From positions 37,472,001-37,536,000 of the forward strand of contig CP068257.2 of the NCBI GenBank assembly GCA_009914755.4: a DNA stretch of 64,000 bases. Reading direction: 5' to 3'. Below the pieces are notes generated by a model, which worked only from the letters and a program-made list of their open reading frames with translations, was not told where the DNA came from and searched no databases. Position 1 is the stretch's first letter. The number at the start of each line of letters is the position of its first letter. Below are positions 1 to 12,446 of the stretch, piece after piece. This stretch comes from the human T2T-CHM13v2.0 reference genome, Homo sapiens. The position numbers and the translations under genes are program-made.

Positions 1-879
1 CTCCAGCCAGGCTCTCACCCCCTTCCTTAAAAGTGAACCGGATCCAGGACCAACAGCTTGAGACAGCACTCTGGGAAGCTGATCCCCAAGTTGACGTCTG
101 AGGCTCAAATTCTCTCTGATTCAACCCCACGAGGAGCCAGCTGGGGTCTGAGCCGGGGCAGCAGGGACAGAGCTGCCGCCGGGGGTCTGCTGCCAGCGGG
201 CATCGCCGAGGAGGGCGCAGCCTGCGGGCTGGATAGAAACCAGACAAAGGGCACTCCAGGCCCACCGGGCCGGCCATCCGGAGGGTCTACAGCTAATTAA
301 GACTGAAGGGAGCACTGAATAACCCTTTTGTGGATCAAAAGCACTCTGTTGGAAACCCAGCTGACAACTCCAACAAAACTGACTTCATGGTTTCTTATGA
401 GAAAACTGTGAATACATCGAGGACTGAAGAAGCGCTTTGTTCCAGACCTTCGTGGGACCACCAGAGATTCAGATTACAAAGCGGCCCTGCCCGGCTGCAA
501 CAAACAGCGCCTCGCTGAAGCCAAGGCTGTCTCGGTGTAGGAAAGCCAGAAATAACACATTACACTGAAGCCGGGGCATGGTGTGGCCACGACTGCTCGC
601 TCATGTGCTTCATTTACAGAAAAGGACACACACACCCCACCACAATCCGATTAGAACCAGACAAGACTGGAAGGCTGGGCACAAATCACACTGAGCCCCT
701 CCCCCAAGAGGGTCTCCTCTGAGCCTGTATCAGGATGGGTTCTTCGGACATTTAAAGGCAACTGAAAATACAAAGGCTCCTTTCACTTCTGCACTCCAGG
801 CTGCTCTCGGGCATCACCCAGAACTTCAAACACGCCCCATGCCAGGATCCCAGCCCCAGGGACTGTAATGTAATTGACC

Positions 880-1018
880 TCGGTGCAGCCTGACGTCAGC
901 ATTTGTAGGAGCTACCTGGGTGTCGTGAGTTGGATGGTGCCCCCTCCCAGAAGATATGTCCACCCAGAACCTCCAAATGTGACTTGACTGGAATAAGGGT
1001 CTTTGTAGATATCATTAA
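880..1018 (+). repeat. 5' segment of a MaLR/ERVL-type LTR (MLT1-like), interrupted downstream by DNA transposon insertions
   Basis: The phrase gtgccccctcccagaagatatgtccacccagaacctccaaatgtgacttgactggaataagggtctttgtagatatcattaa resembles the 5' region of MLT1/MST LTR consensus (tgtccccc..aaattcatatgtt..aatgtgatggtatttggag..). The LTR-like sequence resumes at 1509 after the piggyBac insert. Confidence 0.45.
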
Positions 1019-1504
1019 CCCTTTTCCCACTTGCCCAAGAATACTCCCCAGCAGCATTTACCCCAAGATAACTTTGCTGCAAAATACCTTGCTTTTATTA
1101 TTATTTTCAAATCGCTCTAGTGTATTGACTTTGGAAACAAAACACATCATTCCATTTATAGCATTCTGGTTTTAGTAGTGGTATTTCCATTTACAAAACT
1201 ATAGTAATTCTCGAGTGCTGAAAATGTCAAATCCTAGAAAACGTCGCATTCCTGCACGTGATGTTAACATTGTTCTTGAAAACAGTTATTGGCCAGAGAT
1301 TCATTTGATGAATCCGATTCTTCCGAAACAGATGATTCTGATGATTTAGACGATTCTGATGTTAGTTCTGTGCAGAAATAACTCCAAGAACAGTTTTTGT
1401 ATTTTATTTTCACATTGAAAATCCATCAGATTTGCTTCAGCCTCAAAGAGCATGTTTATGTAAAAAATGAGTACTGGCAGTGAGCTGCACTTTATTTTCT
1501 AAAC
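1019..1504 (+). mobile_element. Non-autonomous piggyBac-superfamily DNA transposon (MER75-like) with TTAA/TGAA target duplication and CCCTTTTCC terminal inverted repeats
   Basis: The element starts CCCTTTTCCCAC immediately after TTAA (1015-1018). It ends GGAAAAAGGG (reverse complement CCCTTTTTCC) followed by TGAA (1505-1508), which is TTAA with one change. The interior carries a PGBD4-like transposase N-terminus. The host LTR sequence continues on both sides. Confidence 0.7.
1214..1370 (+). pseudogene. Frameshifted remnant of the piggyBac-derived transposase N-terminus (PGBD4 / MER75 type)
   Basis: The ATG at 1214 gives MSNPRKRRIPARDVNIVLEN. After a 1-nt frameshift the frame reads KQLLARDSFDESDSSETDDSDDLDDSDVSS. 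As I recall it, human PGBD4 starts [44 protein letters not shown]. The acidic Ser/Asp tract and the MSNPRKR start match, but the frame is broken by a stop and a shift. Confidence 0.65.
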
Positions 1505-1508
1505 GGAA

Positions 1509-1810
1509 AAAGGGTGAAGGTAAAGATCTCTAGATGAGATCATCCTGGATGAGGGCGGGCCCTAAATCCAATGACTCGTGTCCTCATAGGAGACAGAAAA
1601 GGAGATCCTGCAAACAAGGCCGTGTGAAGACAGAGGCAGAGACTGGAGTGATGCTGGTTCCATACAAGGAAGGCCAAGGATGGAGGTCATGAGGAACAGG
1701 AGGGAAGCCTGGAATACATGTTCCCATGCAGCTGCCAGCAGGGGCCACCCTGCCCACACCTTGACTTTGGCCTTCGGAACTGTGAGGGAGCAAATTTCTG
1801 TGTTCTAAGC
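1509..1810 (+). repeat. Continuation of the MLT1-like LTR (3' half), ending at the hAT insertion site
   Basis: gggccctaaatccaatgactcgtgtcctcatagg ... caccctgcccacaccttgactttggccttcggaactgtgagggagcaaatttctgtgttctaagc matches the MLT1 3' consensus phrase (gggccctaatccaat..gtccttataagaag ... ctgccgacaccttgatcttggactt..cagaactgtgagaaaataaatttctgttgtttaagccaccc). Confidence 0.5.
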
Positions 1811-2253
1811 CAGCGGTCCTCAACCTTTTTGGCACGAGGGACCAGTTTTGCAGGAGGCAATTTTTCCACACACGGGGGGGATGGTTTCAGGATGACTCAA
1901 GGGCATGATGCGTATTGTGCACTTTATTTCTATTATTATTACACTGTAATATGTAATGAAATCATTACACAACTCACAAGAATGAAGAATCAGTGGGAGA
2001 CCTGAGCCTGTTTTCCTGCAACTAGACAGTCCCATCTGAGGGTGATGGGAGACAGTGACAGATCATCAGGCATTAGATTCTCATAAGGAGCGTACCGCCT
2101 AGATCCCTCACAATTCATAATAAGGCGCAACCTCCTATAAGAATCTAACGCCGCCACTGTTCTGACAGGAGGTGGAGCTCAGGCGGTAATGGTCACTCGC
2201 CCACACTCGCCTCTTGTCCATACTGGTCCATGGCCCGGGGTTGGGGACCCCTG
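1811..2253 (-). mobile_element. Short non-autonomous hAT-superfamily DNA transposon (MER1/Charlie-like MITE), same family as 12447-13336, inverted orientation
   Basis: Termini are CAGCGGTCCTCAACC ... GGTTGGGGACCCCTG (TIRs matching 13/15). The flanking 8-mers TTCTAAGC (1803-1810) and TTCGAAGT (2254-2261) match at 6/8, consistent with a decayed hAT 8-bp TSD. The host LTR phrase tgttctaagc|cacccaggttgtgg is split exactly by the element. The interior shares long stretches with 12447-13336 in reverse complement (gattctcataaggagc, ccacacacggggggatggtttcagg, cactttatttctattattattacactgtaata). Confidence 0.75.
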
Positions 2254-2261
2254 TTCGAAGT

Positions 2262-2580
2262 CACCCAGGTTGTGGTGGTTTGTTACAGCAGGCCCAGGGA
2301 ACTCATTCAGCAGGTGGATTTGGGTGGCCCTAATCTAATAAGACTGATGTCCTTATAAGAAGAGGGGATTAGGACACAGACACACACAGAGGGACAACCC
2401 TGTGAGGATTCAGGGAGAAGAGGCCTTCTACAAGCCAAGGAGAGAGGCCTCAGGAGGAATCAACCCTGCCCACACCTTGATCCTGGACTCCAGCCTCCAG
2501 AACTGGGAGGAAACAAATGTCTATTGCTTAAGCCACCAGTCCGTGGTATTTTGTTAGGTGGCCCTCACAGAGTCATACAC
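2262..2580 (+). repeat. End of the first MLT1-like LTR followed by a second partial MLT1-like LTR (3' half)
   Basis: cacccaggttgtggtggtttgttacagcagg completes the LTR terminal phrase. Then ggccctaatctaataagactgatgtccttataagaagagg ... caaccctgcccacaccttgatcctggactccagcctccagaactgggaggaaacaaatgtctattgcttaagccaccagtccgtggtattttgttagg repeats the LTR 3'-half motif. Confidence 0.45.
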
Positions 2581-2640
2581 TAGGTACTTGCTGTATGTGA
2601 TTTTATCTGATCCTCATGGCAATTTTCTAAGTTGTGTTTA

Positions 2641-2908
2641 GGCCCTGCATGGTGGCTCACACCTGTAGTCCCAGTTTGAGACTACAGGAGTTTGAGACCA
2701 GCCTGGACTACATAGTGAGACCCAATCTCTGAAAAAATTAAAAAGTAGCCAGATGTGATGACACATGCCTGTAGTCCCAGCTACTCAAGAGGCTGAGGTG
2801 GGAGGATCACTTGAGCCCATGAGTTTGAGGCTGCAGTGAGCTGTGATTGTGCCACTGCACTCCAGTAGCCTGGGCAACAAAACAGGACCCCATCTCTAAA
2901 AAAAAAAG
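2641..2908 (+). mobile_element. Alu element (older, AluJ-like, internally shortened) with A-tail
   Basis: ggccctgcatggtggctcacacctgtagtcccag ... gtgccactgcactccagtagcctgggcaacaaaacaggaccccatctctaaaaaaaaaa. Confidence 0.9.
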
Positions 2909-3566
2909 GAAGTTGTTGTTTTATTATTATTCCCTTTTTGCAAATGAGGAAAATAAAACTATAAAAGGTTAAGTGGCCCATCCAAACTCACATATACGGT
3001 AAATGTCAGAGCCAGGATCCAACCTGGCCTATCTCAGGCCACAGCTGGCACTAGGGCCCCTGGTTCTAGGTGGCAGCCCCTGGACACAGAGGCCTTCAAA
3101 GACTGGGAAGTGCTCCCTCTGAGCGGGCAGTCCAGAGCCGGTGATGCTCACTGTTTTGCTGCCCTTGGGCCTAGAACAGAGGGCTTTGCACGTCTCTTGC
3201 ATTGTCTCAGGGCTGTTTAGTCCCAGGTTGAGGGTAAGAGGAAGGAGGAGCCCCCAAAGCCACAGTTGGGGTTCTCAGTGGACATCCGGGGGCAAGAAAA
3301 CCTCCAGAAGGTGCACCTTCCATCAGCAACCTGGGAGGGGAAAGATACGTTTCTATGAAGAAAAGATGCATTCACTTACAACAGGAACTAGATTTAGTTC
3401 CCTTTAATAAGAACAACACTGCCCATATTCAATATTGAAATAGGCTGTTTTTCAGTATTTTTACCCAGAGTAGCTAATTTGATCCTCAAAACACACCAGC
3501 AAAATAAGTAAAGGAAGAATCTCTCCATTTTATGAGAAAATCTCAGGCTCAAAAACATCTGTGTTT

Positions 3567-3813
3567 GGCAGGGTGCAGTGGCTCACGCCTGTAATCCCAG
3601 CACTTTGGGAGGCTGAGGTGGGCGGATCACCTGAGGTCAGGAGTTCGAGTCCAGCCTAGCCAACATGGTGAAACCCCATCTCCACTAAAAATACAAAAAT
3701 TAGGCGGGCGTCGTGGCGGGCGCCTGTAGTCCCAGCTACTCGGGAGGCTGAGGCAGGAGAATTGCTTGAACCCAGGAGGGTGGAGGCTGCAGTGAGCCGA
3801 GATCATGTCGCTG
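3567..3813 (+). mobile_element. Alu element (AluS-like), 3'-truncated with no A-tail
   Basis: ggcagggtgcagtggctcacgcctgtaatcccagcactttgggaggctgaggtgggcggatcacctgaggtcaggagttcgag ... gcagtgagccgagatcatgtcgctgcag, then unrelated sequence. Confidence 0.9.
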
Positions 3814-4553
3814 CAGAAATGTCTGTGCTCTCTACATCAGCTTCGTCCCTGCAAAACAGCGGTAACACATCTGGCCTCCCGGGCTGTGAGGAAGACAAAA
3901 TGAGGCAATGGACCCAATGCACAAGCATGGCTATCACCAAGTAAGTGCTCAGTTAAAGGCCACACATGACAATGTTGTGCCCAAGGTCTTAGCACTAATT
4001 AGAGACAAAGACAGGACCAAGCCCCCTGGATTCTAGAACTTCCTGTACTCAGCACAACACTCTCTGCACCCCGCCTTTTTTATGAAGTTGATTCATGAAT
4101 TCAAGAACAGCCCAACTCAGATGGTCACACTCCCCTGTCCCCTCTCCTCTCTCAGGCCCAGCCCCTGGACACTGACCTCTCCCCACTCTGCTCCTCCTCC
4201 TCCTCCTCCCAGCCCCGTCGTGGGGAAGGCAGGGCAGTTCCCTGGCATTTGGCTGGCTCCTAAGTGTCAGTTGAGTGATTTCATGAATGAGCAACTACCC
4301 TGATTACTCTGATTACTCTGAAGGTTCAATTTTGATTTTTTAATTTCTATGTCTCATAGTTAGTATTGCCAGTAAGAAACACAAGCCTGATTTATAGATT
4401 AAAAGACAAATCTTCTCCATGGCTCAATAAATACTGACTCGTGAACACAAGATAAATACCACTTAGTAAGATCACTGTATGAACAACAAGAGGTTGAACA
4501 TATACATTAGAGACGCAAGCTAACTCCCTGTGTTGAAAAAGTAGGTCATTTTG

Positions 4554-4931
<378 letters not shown>

Positions 4932-5114
4932 TCATAATAAAATGGCGACAAACACTATGTATACTAGGCCCCTTCAAGTTAGGAAAGATCTACCCCAAAT
5001 CCTTAGCAGTATACTTGAGTGCAGAGAGTAATGTGCGTGTTTTACCTTTTAATTGATCTGTATCTCCTATGATGAGCAAACCATAGTACTTTCAAAACAA
5101 AATAACTTTATTTA

Positions 5115-5459
<345 letters not shown>

Positions 5460-5787
5460 ACCAGCACGGTGGCTTACGCCTGTAATCCCACTGTAATCCC
5501 AGCACTTTGGGAGGCCGAGGCGGGTGGATCATGAGGTCGGGAGTTCAAGACCAGCCTGACCAACATGATGAAACCCCGTCTCCACTAAAATACAAAAATT
5601 AGCCAGGCGTGGTGATGGGTGCCTGTAATCCCAGCTAGTCAGGAGGCTGAGGCAGGAGAATCGCTTGAACCTGGGAGACTGAGTCAGGAGAACCGCTTGA
5701 ACCCAGGAGGTGGAGGTTGGAGTGAGCTGAGATTGCGCCACTGCACTCCAGCCTGGTTGACAGCGCAAGACTCCCTTCCCCCCCCAA
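5460..5787 (+). mobile_element. Alu element (AluS-like) with two small internal duplications
   Basis: ccagcacggtggcttacgcctgtaatcccactgtaatcccagcactttgggaggccgaggcgggtggatcatgaggtcgggagttcaagaccagcctgaccaacatg ... The segment cttgaacctgggagactgagtcaggagaaccgcttgaacccaggagg shows duplication of the gcttgaaccc block. The tail is ccccccccaaaaaaa. Confidence 0.9.
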
Positions 5788-8700
5788 AAAAATCTCCTAA
5801 TCTTCTGTGTCTGTGTGGCAAGCCATGAACTCCTTCTCAGAAGAATGTTTTTAAATGCATTAAATAAAGCATGAGGTGGGGAGAGTTCCAAAGGAAGCCA
5901 GTGATACTAAAACATACAGAATTATCAAACAGTGTTTATGCTTCTGTTATAAGAATAGATGGGCTACTTTCACATATTAAACAGCAAGAGCTAGCAGCAA
6001 GTCTAGTGAACTGGGCACTTGGAAGCAGTGATGAGCATAGCAGTATCTCTGGATAGCTGTAACACTGTGTGCAGGTATCTGGGGTTTCTGTCGTGACCAC
6101 GTGGCAGGAGCTGCTGCCACTGCTGTCTGATGCTCGCCCCACAGTGGAAGGAGATGCTAAATTCCGTTACGCATTAGAGGTCAGTGAAAAGGAAGATGCA
6201 GTTTGTTCCCGTCCAGGCACAAGGACTCTTGAATTTGTCCATAGTTAAGAACGGCTCATCCAGGAGCAGAGCGAGAGGCCGGGCTGCGCGTCCTCATCTC
6301 CTCTCCCAGCCTTCGCATCCTCCTGGCTGCCTCGCGTTTCCTCCACGGGCCTGGCTGAACGCACACACAGGCCTGGGGGAGACTGCAGAGACACATCTTC
6401 AGCCACATCTTCTGTAAAACAGTCACTATGGGATGACGGTGACTGGACAGTGGCTCCGTGCAGTCGGTGTCTTTTGCAAAGTTTTCCACCGTGTGCATCC
6501 TCTGCAGCCAACTCCAGCTGAGGGAGAACGGACCCTCGGTGAGTTGGGGCTGCACAGCAGGTATGGCCTGCTGCCTTCACCCCACACCTGCTATCAAATG
6601 AATCAGCCCCCTTTCCCTACAACCCCAAGAAAAGCCTCAGGACCCATCAGGGGAAGAAGAAGCTGCCCATATAGAGAGAGGGAAGGGATACTGCTCCTCA
6701 TTCCCCACACGGCATAGCCCAGGTGTAGAAAGTGGCCAACATCCATTTAGGAAGCCCCGTTTCCCTAGCTGGGAGGGGCCCTGTCCTGGGGAGGAGGCCA
6801 GTGGAAAGGACAAAACCATTTTGGAAGGAGCCAAGAGTAATAAAAATGGCAGGTTACCTGCCTTAGTTTAAACTGAATAAGCAAAGCCACGATCTCATCT
6901 GAGTCCCGTACAAGGCACACCACTCATAAGCTAACTTTTCTCAGCTTCTCTTTACAGGCCGTTGGCGAGTGGGCCCTCCAACCGTGGGCCACAGCTCGTG
7001 AATCTGTTTGTTGGGGAGTCATGTTCAAACCCAAAGAACAAGGCAAACCCTACCCCCAAGGAACCCAGATAACTCCTTATTTCCCCTTTTTATTCTTAAA
7101 AAGTACTTCTCCCAGGTTCCGGCGGAGTGCTGTTCTCATTTTAGAAGGCTGGCTAACTGTGGGTGCAAGTCATTTCTCAAAGCAGTGTCTGTTCTTTTCT
7201 TTAATGGAATTGTTTTGTTCATTTGTTTCACTTCCTCTTTGGGGTTCCCAAGGAACATGAGTTCCTTTTTTCCTGGTATTAGAAGTGCGTCAGTTCAAGT
7301 ATGAGTACATGAAAAGTGAAGAATAAGAGGCTGGCTCCATTAGGTGATGACATGTACCTGCTATGAGATTTGGGAAGCCATGGCCTGTCATTGTTGCTCC
7401 CGCATTATTGTCCAGCTTGTCCCCAGAATGAGAGCCAGTCTCTAAAGACATGCCCATGAGCCGGGCAGCACATAACAGAGACAGGGAAGAGGTCGCTTGG
7501 GGTCTTTGTCACCTGGAAGAAATCCCAAGGCTTATCCTAAGGACATGGAAAGCTGAAGAACAGAAAGTCACTAGTCAATGGCAGGAGGAGGGCATCCAAG
7601 TCCCCATCAGCCTAGAACGCAGCCGACTGACAAGAGGTCAGTGCCACCATCATAGTCCTATGCTTTCTCTGCCCCCGGTAGGACTTCGAACTTTCTGAAG
7701 GCTTTGGGTGTGAATGATGGATCCTCCCTATGAAGAGGACCACATCTGATGTAGTAGTTTACAACATCTCAACATGATTCAAAAATAGATCAGCAAGAAC
7801 ATATTTAGCAAAAAAAAAAAAAAAAAATGCAAGTCATCAGATGCAAATGATGACATAGAATTCTTCCCAGGCCTAGATATGCAAACAGAAGCAGTGCAAG
7901 GGCCGTGTACACAATGACAGTGTGGGTGCAGATAAGACAGTAATTTCCCGGAGAGCTTTGGTTGATGGAATTCCACACTCCATGACCACACAGCCTACGA
8001 GGGAGTAGATCACAATCTCACCCAGAACCACAAATGAGCCTCCTGGTGTCAGTTACCTTCTTTTTCAAGAATGACGCCAAGCTCTAATCCCTCCTCACTG
8101 AGTCTTTATGAGCTTAAAGTAACTGCATTTTAAAATCTGTCACATTTGGACATTTTCCCAAAACCCTTGCTCTCTGTTGGACGAGGCACGTTTCATGTTG
8201 ACTATTCCCATGTCCCCTGGTTCTTCTTTTCAATCCAAAAGCTGGGAACTTTCTACTTTGACCACCAGAGCTTCTCTGGCAGGCGATTTTCCACTGCTAT
8301 TTTCCTTGCTGTCCTTCTCTTTAAAAACCAATAGCATATGAATTCAGGATGCGGGGATATCTTGTGCGATGCAGTAACAGGCAGAGTGAGGGGCAGCAGT
8401 GGGCTAGCAAAGAGGTGAAGGGTGAAGGAAGGCCTGGGAGCCAGGCAGACCCACCCCTTCCTGAGTGTTTCCTCTGTTTTCTCATCTGGGCTGCTGAGAT
8501 TAAGGAGATAAATGCATATAAAGCACTGACCGTGCTTTCTGGCCCAGGGCAGGACTCTAACCATTGGTTGTGCCCATGCTGAGGACTAACCTTGGCCCGG
8601 GAAAAGGCTGGAGGAGGCCCACCCAAAAGCAGATGCTTCCCAAGGCCCGGTCACTGCACGAGAGCCAAAAGCACACATCAGATGGGACAGTATGCAATCG

Positions 8701-11700
8701 GAGGGGACCTGCTCTCCTGGAAAAGCCACCCTGAAAGCTTTCATTGGCCAGATCTGAAGGTGTTGAGGTTTGAGCCAACTGCAAAGAGGTAACCGCAGAC
8801 CTTGGTTGCCAGAGAAGTCACTGTCTTTTCCAAGCAGTAGAACCACATTCGAATCCCTTGGAGCTTGTCAAGAGCCCTCAAAATCTTACTCTATGCAGAG
8901 ACCGCCAACAAAAATGTGTCCCCTCAAATTATGGCACAAACTTCAGAGGGGAGGTAATTTAATGCACAGAACCACCCACCAGGGAAGGACAGTGGATAAA
9001 ATGAGAGGTTCAAGAGACACACGGTGAAAAGTGCCCACAGAGAAATTGTGACATTGAATAATATTAAATTGCAAAGGATTTGAAGCCCAGATAAACACCA
9101 TGAGCTAATATCAGCCAAGGAAAGTATGATTCAGTCAATGGAAATAGGCAAACAGTTCAATTAATGTTTATAAACAGGCCTTTTCATCCTTTCCCCCAGA
9201 GGAAGAAACTTGAGGGGTGTGTGGCCCACAAGGTGAGGAGACAGCGGCTGACTTGAAGTCTTTGGGCTCCTCTCCAGGCTTCTGGCAAGCAGAGACCATG
9301 CCAGGGGGTCCAGAGAGGTCCAACCAGCAGCAAAGCTCACCCAGGTCTCACCAGCCAGGGTACGGGTCACCTACTGCTTCTGATGTGACAGCTGAAGCTC
9401 CCAGATACTTCTTTTTTGACACAGCCTTCACCTACTGTTCTTTGAAAGTGAACTTTTGTTTTCAGATTCTTGAAAATCTGGAAGAGAATCCCACCACAAA
9501 AGCCACTCATCCCTCCAGGTAACAGGCGTTCCACCTGGAGGGGGCAGCGGAGAGACGGGTGTGTCCAGAAAGCCCCAGGGCCCATAGCTGCAGCACAGAA
9601 ACCATGGAGGAGGGAGTGGGAGAGGGTGCACAGGAGCCCGTGGGCAGACCTCAGGCTGCACGTGCAAGGCCAAGGGGGTGAGTCCCACCCAGGGTAAGTC
9701 CCAGGTGGTGCTGGGAGCCCGTGCCCTCCGAGCCTGTTTACAAGCCATGGGCTGCACCCACCTTCCCCGTGGAGGCCCTGGACTGTGAAAAAGAATTGCT
9801 TAAAAGTCAGGATAAGTATTGGCCTGAGGATGTCATGCTCCAAGCAGAACAGGGACCCACTGTCATAGATCAGTTCATCCCCTCCCTGCAGCAGTTAGAA
9901 AAGGGGGCACTGATGCCATCGTGTCAAACACCAAGATAACTGAAGTCTGCCAAGGTGGGTCCTTTCTCCCACTTCCTAACTTCAGCCTCTTCCTCCCCAC
10001 GGCCTCCCTGCCCTGGGCCTGCGTAGGGCCTTCCTGCTGACTGCCTCCCTCCCGTCGCCTCTGTGCTGCCTCCCCGACGCCCAGGCCTGTCCCACTTCCC
10101 AAGGCCTCTCTAGAATCTGTTTCCTCTGCCTGTATCTTTCAACTCAAAGTTCATCAGATCAGTTTATTCCTCCATTGAGGCCAGAGCTCCTGCTGCCTTT
10201 GAAAGCCACATGTGCTTTTTCAGAAGATGACCTTTGGCAAAAAAACAATTTGTTCCTTTTCCTTTGGCCTTAACAAGATATCAGGGAAGTGAGAAACACA
10301 GTCGGGCAATGAAGTGGAAGTAAACGTTGAGGGGAACTATGCAAGACTTAGAAGGCTCACACCATAAGCAGTGAACGTGACAGGGCGCTTTCCTCCCTGG
10401 CAACAGTGGCCTGGTCCTGCCTATGGGCTGCATGCCTTTGAGGGCAGGAAGCTATGTCCCCTGGTGGCGGTGGTGGTCCCCAGTCCACACACGACACACA
10501 TCGCAACGGCCACCATTAGACACTTGTTCCAAAGCAAAGTCAGCCCCTCCACAAAGACAGCCCCCTCCGATGATGCTCTTCTTCTGCAGAGTAAGGAGGC
10601 CTCACAACACAGAGATTGCTGTGTGATTTCTCCAACCACAGCCTGCAGGTCACTGTCAGCATTTCAAAGTGTCCACGAAGGAATCACCTTCATTGAAAAA
10701 CGAAACCAATAAAACCTGCTTTCTACCCTTGGTGCCCTCCCTTGCAGAGCCCTTCCCGTTAACGAGCGCTCCTGCAATCACAGCGTCTCATTTGCATCTG
10801 TTTTTCATCAGAGGCAGAAGTGTCAGCCCTTTTCCACTGGGGCCAGCAGGTCACTTTGCCTGGGAACAGAGCCGTCAGGGACACCCAGCAATCTTTCCTC
10901 CTAATTACAGTGTCTGCGCTAACCACTCCAGGATGGTCCCTGCATAACTGGGGTGAAAATCTAATATAACACTGTCTGGAGATCTTCCACATTCACCTAA
11001 GCCGGGGTGCAGGAATTAAAGTGTCTCTGACATTATGCTCCCGTCCCATCTCCTGCACACTGATTTGCAAAGTGAAAATGATCCTCAGTACAAAACCTGT
11101 CTCCATCTGCAACCTGCGAGAAACATCAAAAGAGGCAGGGCGACAGCCTGAAGGTTCCCCGAAGTCCTGCGGAGGAAAAGGAGAGCTTCTCAGGGAGAGG
11201 CAGCCAGGCGGCCAGCACAGGCACAGCGTGGCGTAGAATTTTTAAGTCCCTCTTTGGCGCGTCTTCTCTACAAAGCCTAACTCTCAATCCGTGTTATAAC
11301 ATCCTCACATTACTGTTCCCACCTTGGGTTCTCAGAAGTCTGTCAATGCTGGTACATGATGGAGACTAGAGTCTCTGATTAGAGGCCAACGCAGCACACA
11401 TTTGCCCCAAATTGTCCTTGGGGTTTCCAGCAGCAGCCCCTGCATAATGATGCTTGGTGTAAACTGACCCAGCCCCACACAGGAAGGCTTTGTGTGTCAG
11501 TTACCCCTAGGAAAAGGACAGGGTCAAAAGTCATCCCAAGAGGAAATCTGGCCCCAGCACCCAAGGCCTCCTCTCTCTGTCTCCAGGAAACTCTCGTCTA
11601 ACAAATCAGATATTAGCACCATGAACCCTGAGTGCCACTTAACCTCTGAACTTATCAAACAACACCAGCAAACAGCCATTTACTCCTAGGTTACCCAAGG

Positions 11701-12446
11701 GTATCTAAAAGAGAAAAAAGGAATGAAGGAACAGCTTTTTAGGATCTTGGTGGACATTTTATGGGCATATTTACTTGTTGTTGGCGTCTTTACAGCTTTT
11801 CCCTAAAGACTATCATTATGGTAACAGATGGCTTCATCTTTAACTGCTCAGTAAATAAAAGGGCTTTAAATTTTTTTTATTAATCTCTTTTAGGTTTCAT
11901 CTCAATTATCTTAGGGGAAAAAAGGTCTCTATTGCATTGACTAGGTCTTCTTAAACAGATTAATTGGCTATGATAAATTTTTCAAAGTTAGACTCAAAAT
12001 TCACAGAACATGTAATCCTAGCCAGAGCAATTGGTGGCTTTCTGGAAAGGGACCTGCCTGACTTTCTCAGAGGCTCTCAGAATTTGCCATTACACTTTTT
12101 TGCTTTTATAGGGAGGGGAAGTGACAAGTCTTCTACCACCTGCAAAGAACTGCTTTCCTTGGTAACCTGGGGATGCGTCCGCCCCTCGGTGGATCCATCG
12201 GAAGGAAGTGCCCTGTCTCAGTGTGCAGGATGATGCAGAATTCTTTTGCCTGCCTAGAGCACCTAGCAAGGGCCAGGCTTTCCCTCTTTCATTCTTTTCT
12301 TCATTAATGCATCCAGCAAGATTTATTGAGGGCTTATCTTTGCCAAGCACTGTGCTAGGTGCTCTGAATACAGTAGTGGCCTTCACAAAGTCCCTGCCCT
12401 CATGGAGCTCACATGCTACTGACACAGACCAAATAATACATAAATA

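Noticed and set aside
1-880. A GC-rich block at the window start resembling a retroelement 5'UTR or LTR
   Set aside because: I could not assign it to a family from memory (it is not a clear L1 5'UTR, SVA or known LTR), and the window edge truncates it. It is left unannotated rather than guessed.
5529-5891. ORFs with recurring peptides (..[12 protein letters not shown].., ..[19 protein letters not shown].., ..[15 protein letters not shown]..), for example at 5529-5891, 14962-15345, 26335-26730, 31934-32302, 51656-52123, 62109-62349
   Set aside because: All lie inside Alu elements and are the well-known Alu pseudo-peptides in different frames.
9367-10102. 158-aa and 109-aa minus-strand ORFs and a splice-flanked GC-rich patch near 9600-9960
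   Set aside because: I saw no homology and the composition is low-information. The donor- and acceptor-like strings are individually common. I kept only the cleaner example at 20657-20775 as a weak finding.
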